64,000 nucleotides of DNA, taken from an uncultured Candidatus Saccharibacteria bacterium (GTDB lineage: Bacteria; Patescibacteriota; Minisyncoccia; Ryanbacterales; GWA2-47-10b). Under the pieces are notes generated by a model, which saw only the letters and a list, made by a program, of their open reading frames with translations, was not told the DNA's origin and did no database searches. The translations under genes and the position numbers were made by a program. The stretch's first letter is position 1. Each line of letters starts with the position of its first letter. Location: assembly GCA_964356915.1 (NCBI GenBank), contig CAYHJF010000001.1, positions 215,011 through 279,010 of the forward strand. The letters run 5' to 3'. This document shows positions 19,521 to 28,014 of this stretch, piece by piece.

Positions 19521-20300
19521 ATGGAACAAACAGAAAAGCAGGTTCGTATTTCATTGGGCGATGTGCCGTCAGCTCTTATAAAGCTTGGGGCTCTCGCGCT
19601 CGTCGTATTCTTGGGGGTTCGAGCCTTTGTCGATTTGAAGATGGCTCGTAATATGTATCCAACAAACGTAATTAGCGTTTCAGCAGAGGGACGGGTATTC
19701 GCAAAGCCCGATATCGGTCTTATTAATCTTGCTGTTATGCATGAAGCAAAGACGGTCGCAGATGCTCAAAAACAAGTAACAGATGCATCAAATAAACTTT
19801 TTGAGTTTTTGAAATCTGCAGGAGTTGATGCAAAGGATATTAAAACAAGTCATTACGCGATTAGTCCGCAGTATGATTATATTCAAGACAAAGGACAAGT
19901 CCTTCGTGGATATCAGGTGTCTCAGGGTCTTGATGTAAAGATTCGTGATACTGCAAAGGCAGGTGAGATTATTGCAGGCGCCGCTTCAGCTGGTGCTAAC
20001 CAAGTCGGCAGCCTTCAGTTCACTATTGATGATCCAGAAAAGTTAAAAGAGCAGGCGCGCGCAGATGCAATCAAGCGTGCTAAGGAAAAGGCGCAGGTTC
20101 TTGAGCGTGAGCTCGACGTTGAATTTGGTGACTTAATCAGCTTCTCTGATTCAGATGGCGGCGGTATGCCTCCTCCAATGTATCGTGCAGAAGTAATGGG
20201 TATGGGTGGGGCGTATGATAAGATGTCTGCTCCTTCAGTCCCAACTGGTGAAAATGAGATTGTGGTGAATGTTGTATTAACCTACGAGGTAGATAAATAA
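19521..20300 (+). CDS. SIMPL domain protein (DUF541 / BP26-YggE family periplasmic protein)
   Basis: N-terminal TM segment. Region ...KPDIGLINLAVMHEAKTVADAQKQ...HYAISPQYDY...GYQVSQGLDVKIRD resembles the SIMPL family. Confidence 0.8.
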   Translation: MEQTEKQVRISLGDVPSALIKLGALALVVFLGVRAFVDLKMARNMYPTNVISVSAEGRVFAKPDIGLINLAVMHEAKTVADAQKQVTDASNKLFEFLKSAGVDAKDIKTSHYAISPQYDYIQDKGQVLRGYQVSQGLDVKIRDTAKAGEIIAGAASAGANQVGSLQFTIDDPEKLKEQARADAIKRAKEKAQVLERELDVEFGDLISFSDSDGGGMPPPMYRAEVMGMGGAYDKMSAPSVPTGENEIVVNVVLTYEVDK

Positions 20301-20310
20301 TCTGAGTCGT

Positions 20311-20341
20311 AAAAAATCCCCCGCAATGCGGGGGATTTTGC
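20311..20341 (+). terminator. intrinsic terminator
   Basis: aaaaaatcccccgcaatgcgggggattttg. Confidence 0.75.
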
Positions 20342-20342
20342 T

Positions 20343-20825
20343 ATGATGCAGATTATGCATATTGTTGCGATTATCCATAACGTGAGGAGTCTTCATAATG
20401 TTGGATCGATACTTCGTACGTCTGATGCGGTGGGCATTTCTCGTGTATATATGACAGGATATACGCCCTCTCCGCTCGATGAGATGGGTCGAGTTCGTAA
20501 GGAAGTAGCGAAGACTGCGCTGGGCGCTGAACGTACGGTTGTTTGGAAAAAAGAAAAAAGTCTTTCGCGATTGACGAACGCATTACAAAAAGAGGGTTAT
20601 AGTATTGTCGGGCTTGAGTACACGGACGGTGCAGAAAATATTCAAAAAGTAAAAATAACAAAACCCATAGCGCTTATTGTGGGCAACGAGGTTCGGGGTA
20701 TTTCTCGAGCGCTTCTTAAGAGGTGTGATCGTATTGTTTTTATACCAATGCGAGGTTCAAAGGAGTCGCTAAATGTTTCGGTCGCGTTTGGAGTTGCGGC
20801 CTACGAGTTGCTTCGAGATTATTGA
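20343..20825 (+). CDS. SpoU/TrmH family RNA 2'-O-methyltransferase
   Basis: SPOUT motifs NVGSILRTSDAVG, LIVGNEVRGIS and SLNVSVAFGVAAYE. Confidence 0.8.
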   Translation: MMQIMHIVAIIHNVRSLHNVGSILRTSDAVGISRVYMTGYTPSPLDEMGRVRKEVAKTALGAERTVVWKKEKSLSRLTNALQKEGYSIVGLEYTDGAENIQKVKITKPIALIVGNEVRGISRALLKRCDRIVFIPMRGSKESLNVSVAFGVAAYELLRDY

Positions 20826-21721
20826 TAGGTCTGTGTTGCAATGACTATCCCGCGCTCATTTTTGAGAGTGACAACATCTCGGAAGTTGCCCCATATTTCG
20901 TCGGGACGATTGAGGTATACCCACCAATCACTTTGGTAGAAGTCCATATCATTTTTATGATGAGAGACACATTGAGAATAGCCGGTTACAGATCTAATAT
21001 GCTCGCGACATGTATTGTCGAGGTCGAGAGGAATCTCAATTGAAAGTGTGCATGAGTAAAGAGTGCGTACAAAGTTGTAGCAAGAGTCAGAGAGATGTTC
21101 GGTATTATCTTCTTCAGCGGGCGGAGGGCAGGAGGCATTAATGCCAGGTACGAAAGAATAATTTTCATTAAAATATCCTGAGCATTTATTTATTTTAAAA
21201 TTAACACCCATAGGACTACGACCTGTAATAATATGAGCAGTAGCGCCTTTTTTGAGAACGATGCGATCTTGGTCTTGAGTAGCAGAGATGCCGGGGAGAT
21301 TCGTTCCTCTGCCGAGTGTATAGGATTCTCCACGTACACTACCAATACTCCATCCGGTGAGTGTGATGGAGTCTGGTGCGGCAGGGTCGCTCGAAGAATA
21401 TGTAATATCAATATATTCTTCATCTGGCTCTCGAGTTCGGACGTTAGCAAGAGAGATGTAGACTGAATTTTTTAGGATTTCATCTACAGTTGGCTTTTGT
21501 TCCGTTGGTGTTTCTGAGGGAGATGGTGAAGGTTCGGGAGAAGGGGGCAGATTAAAAAGATTAGAGAACAAAGATTGGTCTTCATGTACCACTCCAAACT
21601 CCGCGTTTGGATTTGGTGGGGTTGCGATGGGGCCTGATCCTACTCCGCCACGCGAAAATATTGCAAAGACCCAGAAGAGAATAAGGACGGCGATGACGAT
21701 AAGAAACGGCTCTTGCTTCAT
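20819..21721 (-). CDS. hypothetical secreted/membrane-anchored protein (Pro/Ser-rich linker, Cys-rich C-terminal domain)
   Basis: N-terminal signal anchor, PSPEPSPSPSETPTE linker and 9 Cys in the C-terminal half. Confidence 0.55.
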   Translation of the reverse strand: MKQEPFLIVIAVLILFWVFAIFSRGGVGSGPIATPPNPNAEFGVVHEDQSLFSNLFNLPPSPEPSPSPSETPTEQKPTVDEILKNSVYISLANVRTREPDEEYIDITYSSSDPAAPDSITLTGWSIGSVRGESYTLGRGTNLPGISATQDQDRIVLKKGATAHIITGRSPMGVNFKINKCSGYFNENYSFVPGINASCPPPAEEDNTEHLSDSCYNFVRTLYSCTLSIEIPLDLDNTCREHIRSVTGYSQCVSHHKNDMDFYQSDWWVYLNRPDEIWGNFRDVVTLKNERGIVIATQTYQ

Positions 21722-21782
21722 GGCTGTAGTGTAGCAAAAACCAAGCTTTCGAAAAACGGCTATTCATGATACAAACACATGT

Positions 21783-22574
21783 ATGAAGGAAGTCGTGATA
21801 GATATAGAAACCGAGAAAGAATTTCGAGAAGTTGGAGGAAAAGATAATATGCATCTTCTTGGCGTCACAGTTGTGGGTACTTATCGATATGACACAAATG
21901 AATATTATGCATTTGAAAAAGAAGAGAGTAAGAATCTAGAAGTTCTTCTATCACAAACACCGTGCATAATCGGATTTAATGTAAAACATTTTGATATTCC
22001 CGTCCTTGCTCCACATGTGTCGATAGATTTATCGGTAATACCGGTACTCGATCTTATGGATGATGTAGAAAGGCATTTGGGATTTCGCGTGTCATTAGAC
22101 AATTTATGCCACATGACGTTGCGTAAAAGAAAATCCGGCATGGGGCTCGAGGCGATTAGTTGGTGGCGCAATGGTGAAAAAGAAAAAGTAAAAGAGTATT
22201 GTCTTAATGATGTTTTACTAACAAAAGAGCTTTACGAGTTTGGTCGCCAACATGGATTTGTGATTTGTGAGACGCGCGATCGAGGGGTGCAGAGAATTCC
22301 TGTAAATTGGGCAGCACCAGTTATCGCTCCAAAGCGTGTTTTGGAAGATGCGCTTGGGAAGAGACTTACCGTTGAAATAGAGTATCGAGAAGAGAAGCGC
22401 TCTGAGCCCATAAAGCATAAAGTCGAAGTACACTCTATTGGTCAAGATGTGTTTGAAGGTTTTTGCCATATAAAACAAGCAAAGCGCTCATTTCGTATAG
22501 CACAGATTACTGGAGTCGCACTTACGAATGAATCGTATCAACTAGTTCATGATGTCCAAAGAAGTCTTATCTAA
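21783..22574 (+). CDS. PolB-type DEDDy 3'-5' exonuclease (RNase_H_2/YprB-like) fused to C-terminal WYL-like domain
   Basis: Exo I VIDIETE, Exo II NVKHFD and Exo III YCLND motifs. The C-terminal ~95 aa (LTVEIEYREEKRSEPIKHKVEVHSIG...AKRSFRIAQITGV) resembles a WYL beta-barrel. Confidence 0.5.
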   Translation: MKEVVIDIETEKEFREVGGKDNMHLLGVTVVGTYRYDTNEYYAFEKEESKNLEVLLSQTPCIIGFNVKHFDIPVLAPHVSIDLSVIPVLDLMDDVERHLGFRVSLDNLCHMTLRKRKSGMGLEAISWWRNGEKEKVKEYCLNDVLLTKELYEFGRQHGFVICETRDRGVQRIPVNWAAPVIAPKRVLEDALGKRLTVEIEYREEKRSEPIKHKVEVHSIGQDVFEGFCHIKQAKRSFRIAQITGVALTNESYQLVHDVQRSLI

Positions 22575-23067
22575 AGAAGAGTTTTTTAATAGTAATGGCC
22601 GAGCGTTTACGCTTCGTGGGGTTGTTGAGACGCTCAAGGCATATGTAGAGACTGCTCCCGAATGGCAATACGAGATTGTCATTGGGACAGATTCGCATGC
22701 ATCCTTGGAACATCATGCATTTTTTGTCTCAGCTATTACCATCCGGCGTATTGGGAACGGAGGAATTCATTTCTGGACCCGACATGAAGAACATTTCGCA
22801 ACTCTTAGAGAGCGTATTTGGCGCGAAGCGATGCTTTCCATTATTCTTGCTCAAGAGTTACGTAGTATGGTACGTGAGGTATTTGGAGACGATGAGTTAT
22901 GGGGTGGGCATGCAATATTTCGGTGCATTCATTTAGATGTGGGGGAGAATGGCCCGACTCGTGACTTTATTGATGGCATTACGGGTATGGTACGAGGGTA
23001 TGGGTTTACGCCCGTGATCAAGCCTGATGCGTACGGAGCTTCTACGGTCGCGGATCGGCATACGTAA
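22549..23067 (+). CDS. hypothetical protein, possibly DUF458/YkuK-like RNase H-fold protein
   Basis: 172-aa ORF whose start overlaps the end of the exonuclease gene; the family call is tentative. Confidence 0.3.
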   Translation: MMSKEVLSKEEFFNSNGRAFTLRGVVETLKAYVETAPEWQYEIVIGTDSHASLEHHAFFVSAITIRRIGNGGIHFWTRHEEHFATLRERIWREAMLSIILAQELRSMVREVFGDDELWGGHAIFRCIHLDVGENGPTRDFIDGITGMVRGYGFTPVIKPDAYGASTVADRHT

Positions 23068-23072
23068 AAGAC

Positions 23073-23144
23073 GCTCTCGTCGTTCAATGGATAGGACACA
23101 AGCCTCCGAAGCTTGTGATACAGGTTCGATTCCTGTCGAGAGCA
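23073..23144 (+). tRNA. tRNA-Arg (anticodon CCG)
   Basis: Hand-folded cloverleaf. Acceptor GCTCTCG/CGAGAGC, anticodon stem CAAGC/GCTTG with loop CTCCGAA, T-arm ACAGG-TTCGATT-CCTGT. No encoded CCA. Confidence 0.8.
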
Positions 23145-23163
23145 CAGGTAGTGTGAACGAGGG

Positions 23164-23191
23164 TTGACATTTGGTATAAAAAGTGTAAGAT
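23164..23191 (+). promoter_or_regulatory. sigma70-type promoter TTGACA-N17-TAAGAT
   Basis: Perfect -35 at 23164-23169 and a -10-like TAAGAT at 23186-23191. The predicted TSS near 23198 lies upstream of the SD at 23217. Confidence 0.5.
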
Positions 23192-23228
23192 GCCAAGTAG
23201 AAGTTCATTCGATAGATGGAGGCACTCA

Positions 23229-23687
23229 ATGCTTCAAAAAGGAAGAGATCTTTTGTTTTTCGTGATTTCGCGGCTTCAGCGCCTGTGGGTTCACCAAAGA
23301 CAAAATCACAATCAGCGCAGGGTATCCCTGGGCGTTGCTCTCAGGCAGTTCAAAAATTTCTACGATCGACAAAGAATTGTATTTCAGTTGCTTCAAATCG
23401 AAGCTCGTCGATCTCATCGGCGTCAGGTAGCCATTCAAGAGCTTCAGGTTACGGCGGCTATACCTGATACCCAGCGAGCCAGAGCCATCGCTCTTGCAGA
23501 GGGTAGACTTCGCGCATCAGACGAACGCTTTGGAGAGGTTCTCGACTTCGCATATCGTGAAGGGTATCTGCCGAGCGATCAGTTTAGGAGTACATATCCT
23601 CGCAGACCAATTTCATTACGTCCACGATTACGTGGATATTCTCATCAACATCCACAAGCGCCTTTGGCTAGTCTTGTGGCTATGTAG
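23229..23687 (+). CDS. hypothetical 152-aa arginine/glutamine-rich basic protein
   Basis: GGAGG SD 7 nt before the ATG at 23229. An open frame of about 165 codons is unlikely by chance at this GC content. The ORF track's upstream ATG at 23190 overlaps the -10 element. A terminator follows directly, and no motif is recognised. Confidence 0.4.
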   Translation: MLQKGRDLLFFVISRLQRLWVHQRQNHNQRRVSLGVALRQFKNFYDRQRIVFQLLQIEARRSHRRQVAIQELQVTAAIPDTQRARAIALAEGRLRASDERFGEVLDFAYREGYLPSDQFRSTYPRRPISLRPRLRGYSHQHPQAPLASLVAM

Positions 23688-23689
23688 TA

Positions 23690-23722
23690 CTACCCCCCGA
23701 AATTGGGGGGTTTCTTATTTTT
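23690..23722 (+). terminator. intrinsic terminator
   Basis: ccccccgaaattgggggg stem followed by tttcttatttttc. Confidence 0.7.
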
Positions 23723-23752
23723 CTTTTTTCTCGTAGAATAAAAAAGCTTTTC

Positions 23753-23824
23753 GCGCGCTTAGCTCAGTGGTAGAGCGACTCGTTTACACCGAGTAGGTCC
23801 GAGGTTCAATCCCTCGAGCGCGCA
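23753..23824 (+). tRNA. tRNA-Val (anticodon TAC)
   Basis: Acceptor GCGCGCT/AGCGCGC, D-arm GCTC-AGTGGTA-GAGC, anticodon loop TTTACAC, T-arm CGAGG-TTCAATC-CCTCG. Confidence 0.85.
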
Positions 23825-23879
23825 TATAGTTTGAATCTTTAGTGTGCTTTGCTATACTCTTCTTGTATTTATTTGATAC

Positions 23880-23951
23880 GCCGCGGTAGCTCAGTGGTAG
23901 AGCGCATCCCTGAAGAGGATGGCGTCGGGTGTTCGATTCACCCCCGCGGCA
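23880..23951 (+). tRNA. tRNA-Phe (anticodon GAA)
   Basis: Acceptor GCCGCGG/CCGCGGC, anticodon stem CATCC/GGATG with loop CTGAAGA, T-arm GGGTG-TTCGATT-CACCC. Confidence 0.85.
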
Positions 23952-23957
23952 CAAGTG

Positions 23958-23990
23958 AAAATGACTCCGTTTTATACGGAGTCATTTTCT
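23958..23990 (+). terminator. intrinsic terminator
   Basis: aaaatgactccgt-tttat-acggagtcatttt. Confidence 0.65.
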
Positions 23991-24053
23991 ATTTAATGAG
24001 AGTGAATCGAACGGTATGCTGGGGGCATACCGCGTAATTTCTGAAGGAGAAAT

Positions 24054-24079
24054 TGATTCACCCCCGCGGCACAAGTGAA
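24054..24079 (+). repeat. 26-bp exact direct repeat of the tRNA-Phe 3' end (copy of 23935-23960)
   Basis: gattcacccccgcggcacaagtgaaa occurs twice. The intervening ~90 bp holds an inverted T-loop fragment (gtgaatcgaac) and an anticodon-arm-like hairpin aatttcTGAAGGAgaaatt. Confidence 0.7.
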
Positions 24080-24085
24080 ATAAAA

Positions 24086-24116
24086 AATAATCCCAAGGAG
24101 TGGGATTATTTTTTTA
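24086..24116 (+). terminator. intrinsic terminator
   Basis: ataatccc-aaggagt-gggattat followed by a T-run. Confidence 0.6.
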
Positions 24117-24180
24117 TTGAATATGAAATGAGAATAATACACTTGTATTTCTTGTGATTGGCGCTAGGCTTGTATGCAGA

Positions 24181-24561
24181 ATGGCAAAGCCAAAGGTACT
24201 AATCGTTGACGACGCAGAAGTGGTACACGAAAGAGTACGGGAATGCCTTGGCAGTCAGATTGAACTTTATACTGCGGTAACAAGCGTGGGAGCTCACGTG
24301 CACCTTCAAGAGCATCCCGATTTTGCTCTCATTGCTCTCGATGGCGTTTTTCCTCGAAGGCCTAATGGACCAGACTTACTTGAAGGTCCGTGGCTTTTGG
24401 AAAGAATTCGTCGGCAACATAAGTTTTCTGGCACAGTTTTGGCTACATCATCTTCAGATAATACGAGAAGAGATATGTTGCGGGCTGGGTGTAACGCTGA
24501 GTGTCGCAAAGATAGGGTTTCTGATGCGATTGCAGAGTTACTACATCTTAAACCGCTTTGA
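24181..24561 (+). CDS. standalone atypical receiver-domain protein
   Basis: KVLIVDDAEVVHERV...LIALDGVFP. A GTG at 24154 is an alternative start. A terminator follows at 24551-24575. Confidence 0.6.
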   Translation: MAKPKVLIVDDAEVVHERVRECLGSQIELYTAVTSVGAHVHLQEHPDFALIALDGVFPRRPNGPDLLEGPWLLERIRRQHKFSGTVLATSSSDNTRRDMLRAGCNAECRKDRVSDAIAELLHLKPL

Positions 24562-24575
24562 CGCGGTTTTTTTAT
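24551..24575 (+). terminator. intrinsic terminator
   Basis: aaaccgc-tttgac-gcggttttttt. A second weak hairpin at 24583-24612 faces the convergent hsp20 gene. Confidence 0.6.
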
Positions 24576-24615
24576 TTAAATAAAAAACCCTCAGAAGAGA
24601 GGATTTTTTATCGTA

Positions 24616-25143
24616 TTACTCGTGTTTTACTTTGACGCGTTCAATTCTGTTTTTATCAAGTTTAGGGAGACGTAAGGTGAGGAGACCTTGGCGGATTGTC
24701 GCCTCTGCTCCGTCCACATCGATCTCTTGCGGGAGGACGATAGATCGAGAGAATGTTCCCCAGTAAAGTTCTTGATAGAAGTAGTCATTTCGCTCAACTT
24801 CACGAGCTTGTTCTCGCTTACCGCGGATAGTGATGGCGTCCCGCGTAATTGATACATCGAGGTCATCGGGGCGTACGCCTGCTACTGTCGACTGAACGAT
24901 AATTTCATTTTCTGTTTGGAATAAATCGATTGTTAGCTGACCCTCCTCTTCGCTCTCTCCAAGTAAGTTTTGAGCATCTTCTTTTTGTTGTGTTGGTATT
25001 CTGTGCGGGCGCAGTTTTGTAGTTGACGCAGCTAAGTGTGCTCGCGGTATTTCTTCTTCCTCGAGTTCGTCTTCCTCATAAAAATCGTTTGTCGAAACCG
25101 ATCCCGTGAGGCGTTCGAAAAATGATCGTCGATCTTTAGGCAT
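24616..25143 (-). CDS. Hsp20/alpha-crystallin family small heat-shock protein
   Basis: ACD region ...LTIDLFQTENEIIVQSTVAGVRPDDLDVSITRDAITIRGKRE...GLLTLRLPK. Start set at MPKDRR; the track's upstream start overlaps the next gene. Confidence 0.8.
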   Translation of the reverse strand: MPKDRRSFFERLTGSVSTNDFYEEDELEEEEIPRAHLAASTTKLRPHRIPTQQKEDAQNLLGESEEEGQLTIDLFQTENEIIVQSTVAGVRPDDLDVSITRDAITIRGKREQAREVERNDYFYQELYWGTFSRSIVLPQEIDVDGAEATIRQGLLTLRLPKLDKNRIERVKVKHE

Positions 25144-25855
25144 AATATGTATATAGTTTATGTTTAATTCGCTCAAATGCAAAGAGGATAAGTATCCCAA
25201 CGGTTCCGAGTAGCACGAGTGCTGGTGCGGGATCGTAACCTTCCCTCATTAGTATAAGAATGTTGAAAAGCGCGTGCAAGAGAGTGGCAAAAAATAGTCC
25301 GACACCGAGCGCAATTTCTTTACGAAGGGTGCTTCGAAAGAATGATCCGCCGATAAAGTAGCCTAATATTCCAGCGGAGAGTGCATGAAGAGGAGTTGCT
25401 CCAATAAATCGAAGGTTGCTTACAGTAAAACCATCGGAAAAGCCAAGACCATAGGGTCCGATAAGGTATAAGACGTTTTCAATGGCAGCAAATCCAAGTG
25501 CTCCCGCAATAAGATAGATCATTGCGTCTGCTGGTTCGTCATACTCTTTGCGCCAAAGTATAAAAGATTTTATCATGGCATATTTGCTCACTTCTTCTAT
25601 GAACGCAAAACCTACAACGAGCATGAGTCCAATATGAGTAGTTGATAAAGAGAGTCCAAAAAAAGTACGCACAAAGGTCATCCAGACACTTGAAAAGACA
25701 AGAGCCGCAGGAATTGCGAGTATGCCAGCCCAAAATGCAAGAAAAATGAGACGATTTGGTTCGGGTGCTTCGTCTTCTTTGAGCCAGAAAAAAAGCCACA
25801 GAATTGCAGGTAGGAAGCCAGAGATGACCGCCCACAAGAGAGCTTCAAGCGTCAT
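25136..25855 (-). CDS. PrsW/CPBP-type intramembrane metalloprotease
   Basis: Polytopic protein with EEVSK (EExxK), FAAIEN and HALFN motifs. Confidence 0.65.
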   Translation of the reverse strand: MTLEALLWAVISGFLPAILWLFFWLKEDEAPEPNRLIFLAFWAGILAIPAALVFSSVWMTFVRTFFGLSLSTTHIGLMLVVGFAFIEEVSKYAMIKSFILWRKEYDEPADAMIYLIAGALGFAAIENVLYLIGPYGLGFSDGFTVSNLRFIGATPLHALSAGILGYFIGGSFFRSTLRKEIALGVGLFFATLLHALFNILILMREGYDPAPALVLLGTVGILILFAFERIKHKLYTYYA

Positions 25856-28014
25856 ACATTTTCAACGATAAGGAGTTGTTTGTGTTCGATAGGGAGGAGA
25901 CCCCATAAATATTCAGTAATGAATGGGATGAAGGGATGGAGTAATTTGAGGGAAGATCCGAGTACGTAGAGGAGTACGGTCGTGGTTTCTTCAGAGTCAT
26001 CTTTTTTTGACGCTTCTATATATATGTCACAAAATGCGTGCCAGTAAAAATCATAGAGACCGTGGAGTGCTTGTCCGAATTCAAATGATTCAATAAGGTC
26101 ATTTGTTTTTTTTGTGATTTCATCCAGTTCTTTAAGAATTTGGATATTATGGTGTTTTTCTATTTTTTCTGGGCGGGTAAGCGCCCGTGGTTCTATGCCA
26201 ATGCGTGCGAGTATGAGGCGCGTAGAGTTCCAGATTTTGTTTAAAAACTTTTTACCAGCTCGTATACCGTCGTCTGACCAGTGAATGTCTTGTGTGGACA
26301 TGGCTTGCCATATCAAACCAAAACGAGTCGCATCAATACCTACCTCATCAATAAGTTTCATGGGATCAACGACGTTGCCCTTGGATTTGGACATTTTTTT
26401 TCCTTGCTTATCGAGAATCGTTGGATGAGTGAATACGGTTCGAAATGGTGGTTTGTCTAAAAACTCAAGACCAGAGAAAAGCATACGGAATGTCCATGTA
26501 TAGAAGATCTCACGTGCAGATGAAGTGACGGCGGTTGGGTAAAATGTTTTAAGGTCTGTCGTTTCCTCTGGCCATCCGAGTGTCGCAAACGGCCATAGCG
26601 CGGAAGAAAACCACGTGTCGAGTACGTCGCTCGTTTGTTCCCATGGTTTTTTGCACTTTGCACACTTTGCATCAGGGGCTTTTTGGCCGACATGCCATTG
26701 GGTATCCTCTTTGCATTCACAATGCCATGCGGGGATGCGATGCCCCCACCATAATTGGCGTGAAATATTCCAATCTCGAATTCCATTGATCCATGCAAGC
26801 ATGATCTGCTTGCGTTGTTCTGGGATAAACGAGAGCTGATTTTTTGAGATTGCGTGCGAGGCTTTTTGGGCAAGTTTTGCCATAGATAAAAACCATTGTT
26901 CTGAGAGCAGTGGTTCTATGACCGCATCACATCGGTCACAATGTGCAACAGAATGCGTGTAGTCTTCAATTTTCTCTACGAGCCCAAGCTTGTCGAGATC
27001 ATCGACGATTTTTTCTCGAGCTTCGTTGACCGAAAGACCGCCGTAGCGTTCTCCTGCGGCACTCGTCATGATGCCGTTTTCGTCGATAACTTTTATGATT
27101 TCAATTTCTGGATGGCGAGTTTTTATCTCAAAGTCAGTAAGGTCATGTGCGGGCGTTACTTTGATAATACCCGATCCAAATTTTGGATCAGCTGCCTCGT
27201 CAGCAACAACTGGAAGTGAGACAGAGACACTTCGAGGGGAGCGCCACCGAGAGACAGAAGAGTCGGTGCTTTCGACGGTTATCGTATTACCGATATATTC
27301 TTTATAGCGTTCATCATTTGGATTAACCGCAAGTGCAGTGTCACCGAGACGTGTCTCAGGGCGTACCGTTGCGATAGTGACGGGACCATATTTTAAGTAA
27401 TAGAGTTTACCGAGTTCTTCTGTATAAATAACTTCAAGATCGGAGATCGTCGTCTGACATCGTGGGCACCAATTTACGACTCGATTGCCACGATAGATAT
27501 ATCCTTTGCTGTGGTAGTAGAGAAATACATGCTCAATGACGCGTTGATAGTGCTCATCCATTGTAAAACGAGCACGTGACCAATCGGTTGAAAGTCCGAG
27601 GCGTTTTAATTCTTGGTCGATTGCTGATCCATACTCTTTCATCCACTCCCAGACTCGTTCAACAAATTTTTCGCGACCCAATGATTTTCTGCTTTTTCCC
27701 TCCTTTTTCAATTCCTTTTCTACGACGTGTTGTCCTGCGATGCCCGCATGATCTTTACCAGGAAGAAAGAGTGTTTTATATCCTTGCATGCGTTTTCGCC
27801 GAATTAAGACGTCGGAAATAATATTTTCCAAGGCGTGACCAACATGAATATGTCCGGTTACATTTGGAGGAGCCATCATGATTGCATATCCTTCTTTGCG
27901 TCCTGCCTCTGGCAACATGTCTGGATTGAAAAAGCCAGATCGTTCCCAGATCTGGTATATTTCTTCTTCATGTTCTTTTGGTTCGTATCCTTTCGGGAGG
28001 TCTTCAAGCTTCAC
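25852..28014 (-). CDS. valS: valine--tRNA ligase (short form lacking C-terminal coiled coil)
   Basis: PPNVTGHIHVGHAL (HIGH), GKDHAGIAGQ and KMSKSKGN; CP1 insertion with CPRC. Confidence 0.8.
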   Translation of the reverse strand: MKLEDLPKGYEPKEHEEEIYQIWERSGFFNPDMLPEAGRKEGYAIMMAPPNVTGHIHVGHALENIISDVLIRRKRMQGYKTLFLPGKDHAGIAGQHVVEKELKKEGKSRKSLGREKFVERVWEWMKEYGSAIDQELKRLGLSTDWSRARFTMDEHYQRVIEHVFLYYHSKGYIYRGNRVVNWCPRCQTTISDLEVIYTEELGKLYYLKYGPVTIATVRPETRLGDTALAVNPNDERYKEYIGNTITVESTDSSVSRWRSPRSVSVSLPVVADEAADPKFGSGIIKVTPAHDLTDFEIKTRHPEIEIIKVIDENGIMTSAAGERYGGLSVNEAREKIVDDLDKLGLVEKIEDYTHSVAHCDRCDAVIEPLLSEQWFLSMAKLAQKASHAISKNQLSFIPEQRKQIMLAWINGIRDWNISRQLWWGHRIPAWHCECKEDTQWHVGQKAPDAKCAKCKKPWEQTSDVLDTWFSSALWPFATLGWPEETTDLKTFYPTAVTSSAREIFYTWTFRMLFSGLEFLDKPPFRTVFTHPTILDKQGKKMSKSKGNVVDPMKLIDEVGIDATRFGLIWQAMSTQDIHWSDDGIRAGKKFLNKIWNSTRLILARIGIEPRALTRPEKIEKHHNIQILKELDEITKKTNDLIESFEFGQALHGLYDFYWHAFCDIYIEASKKDDSEETTTVLLYVLGSSLKLLHPFIPFITEYLWGLLPIEHKQLLIVENV

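Noticed and set aside
23190-23228. Upstream ATG at 23190 as the start of the Arg-rich protein (track coordinates), and the alternative-frame ORF 23216-23467.
   Set aside because: The ATG at 23190 sits inside the predicted -10 element and has no SD, whereas the ATG at 23229 has GGAGG-N7. The alternative frame yields a Ser-rich low-complexity product.
22933-23229. 98-aa minus-strand ORF overlapping tRNA-Arg and the 23164 promoter.
   Set aside because: It is antisense to a confidently folded tRNA and to the promoter.
23935-24079. Two copies of a 26-bp repeat considered as a minimal CRISPR array.
   Set aside because: Only two copies are present, the sequence is identical to the tRNA-Phe 3' end, and there are no cas genes.
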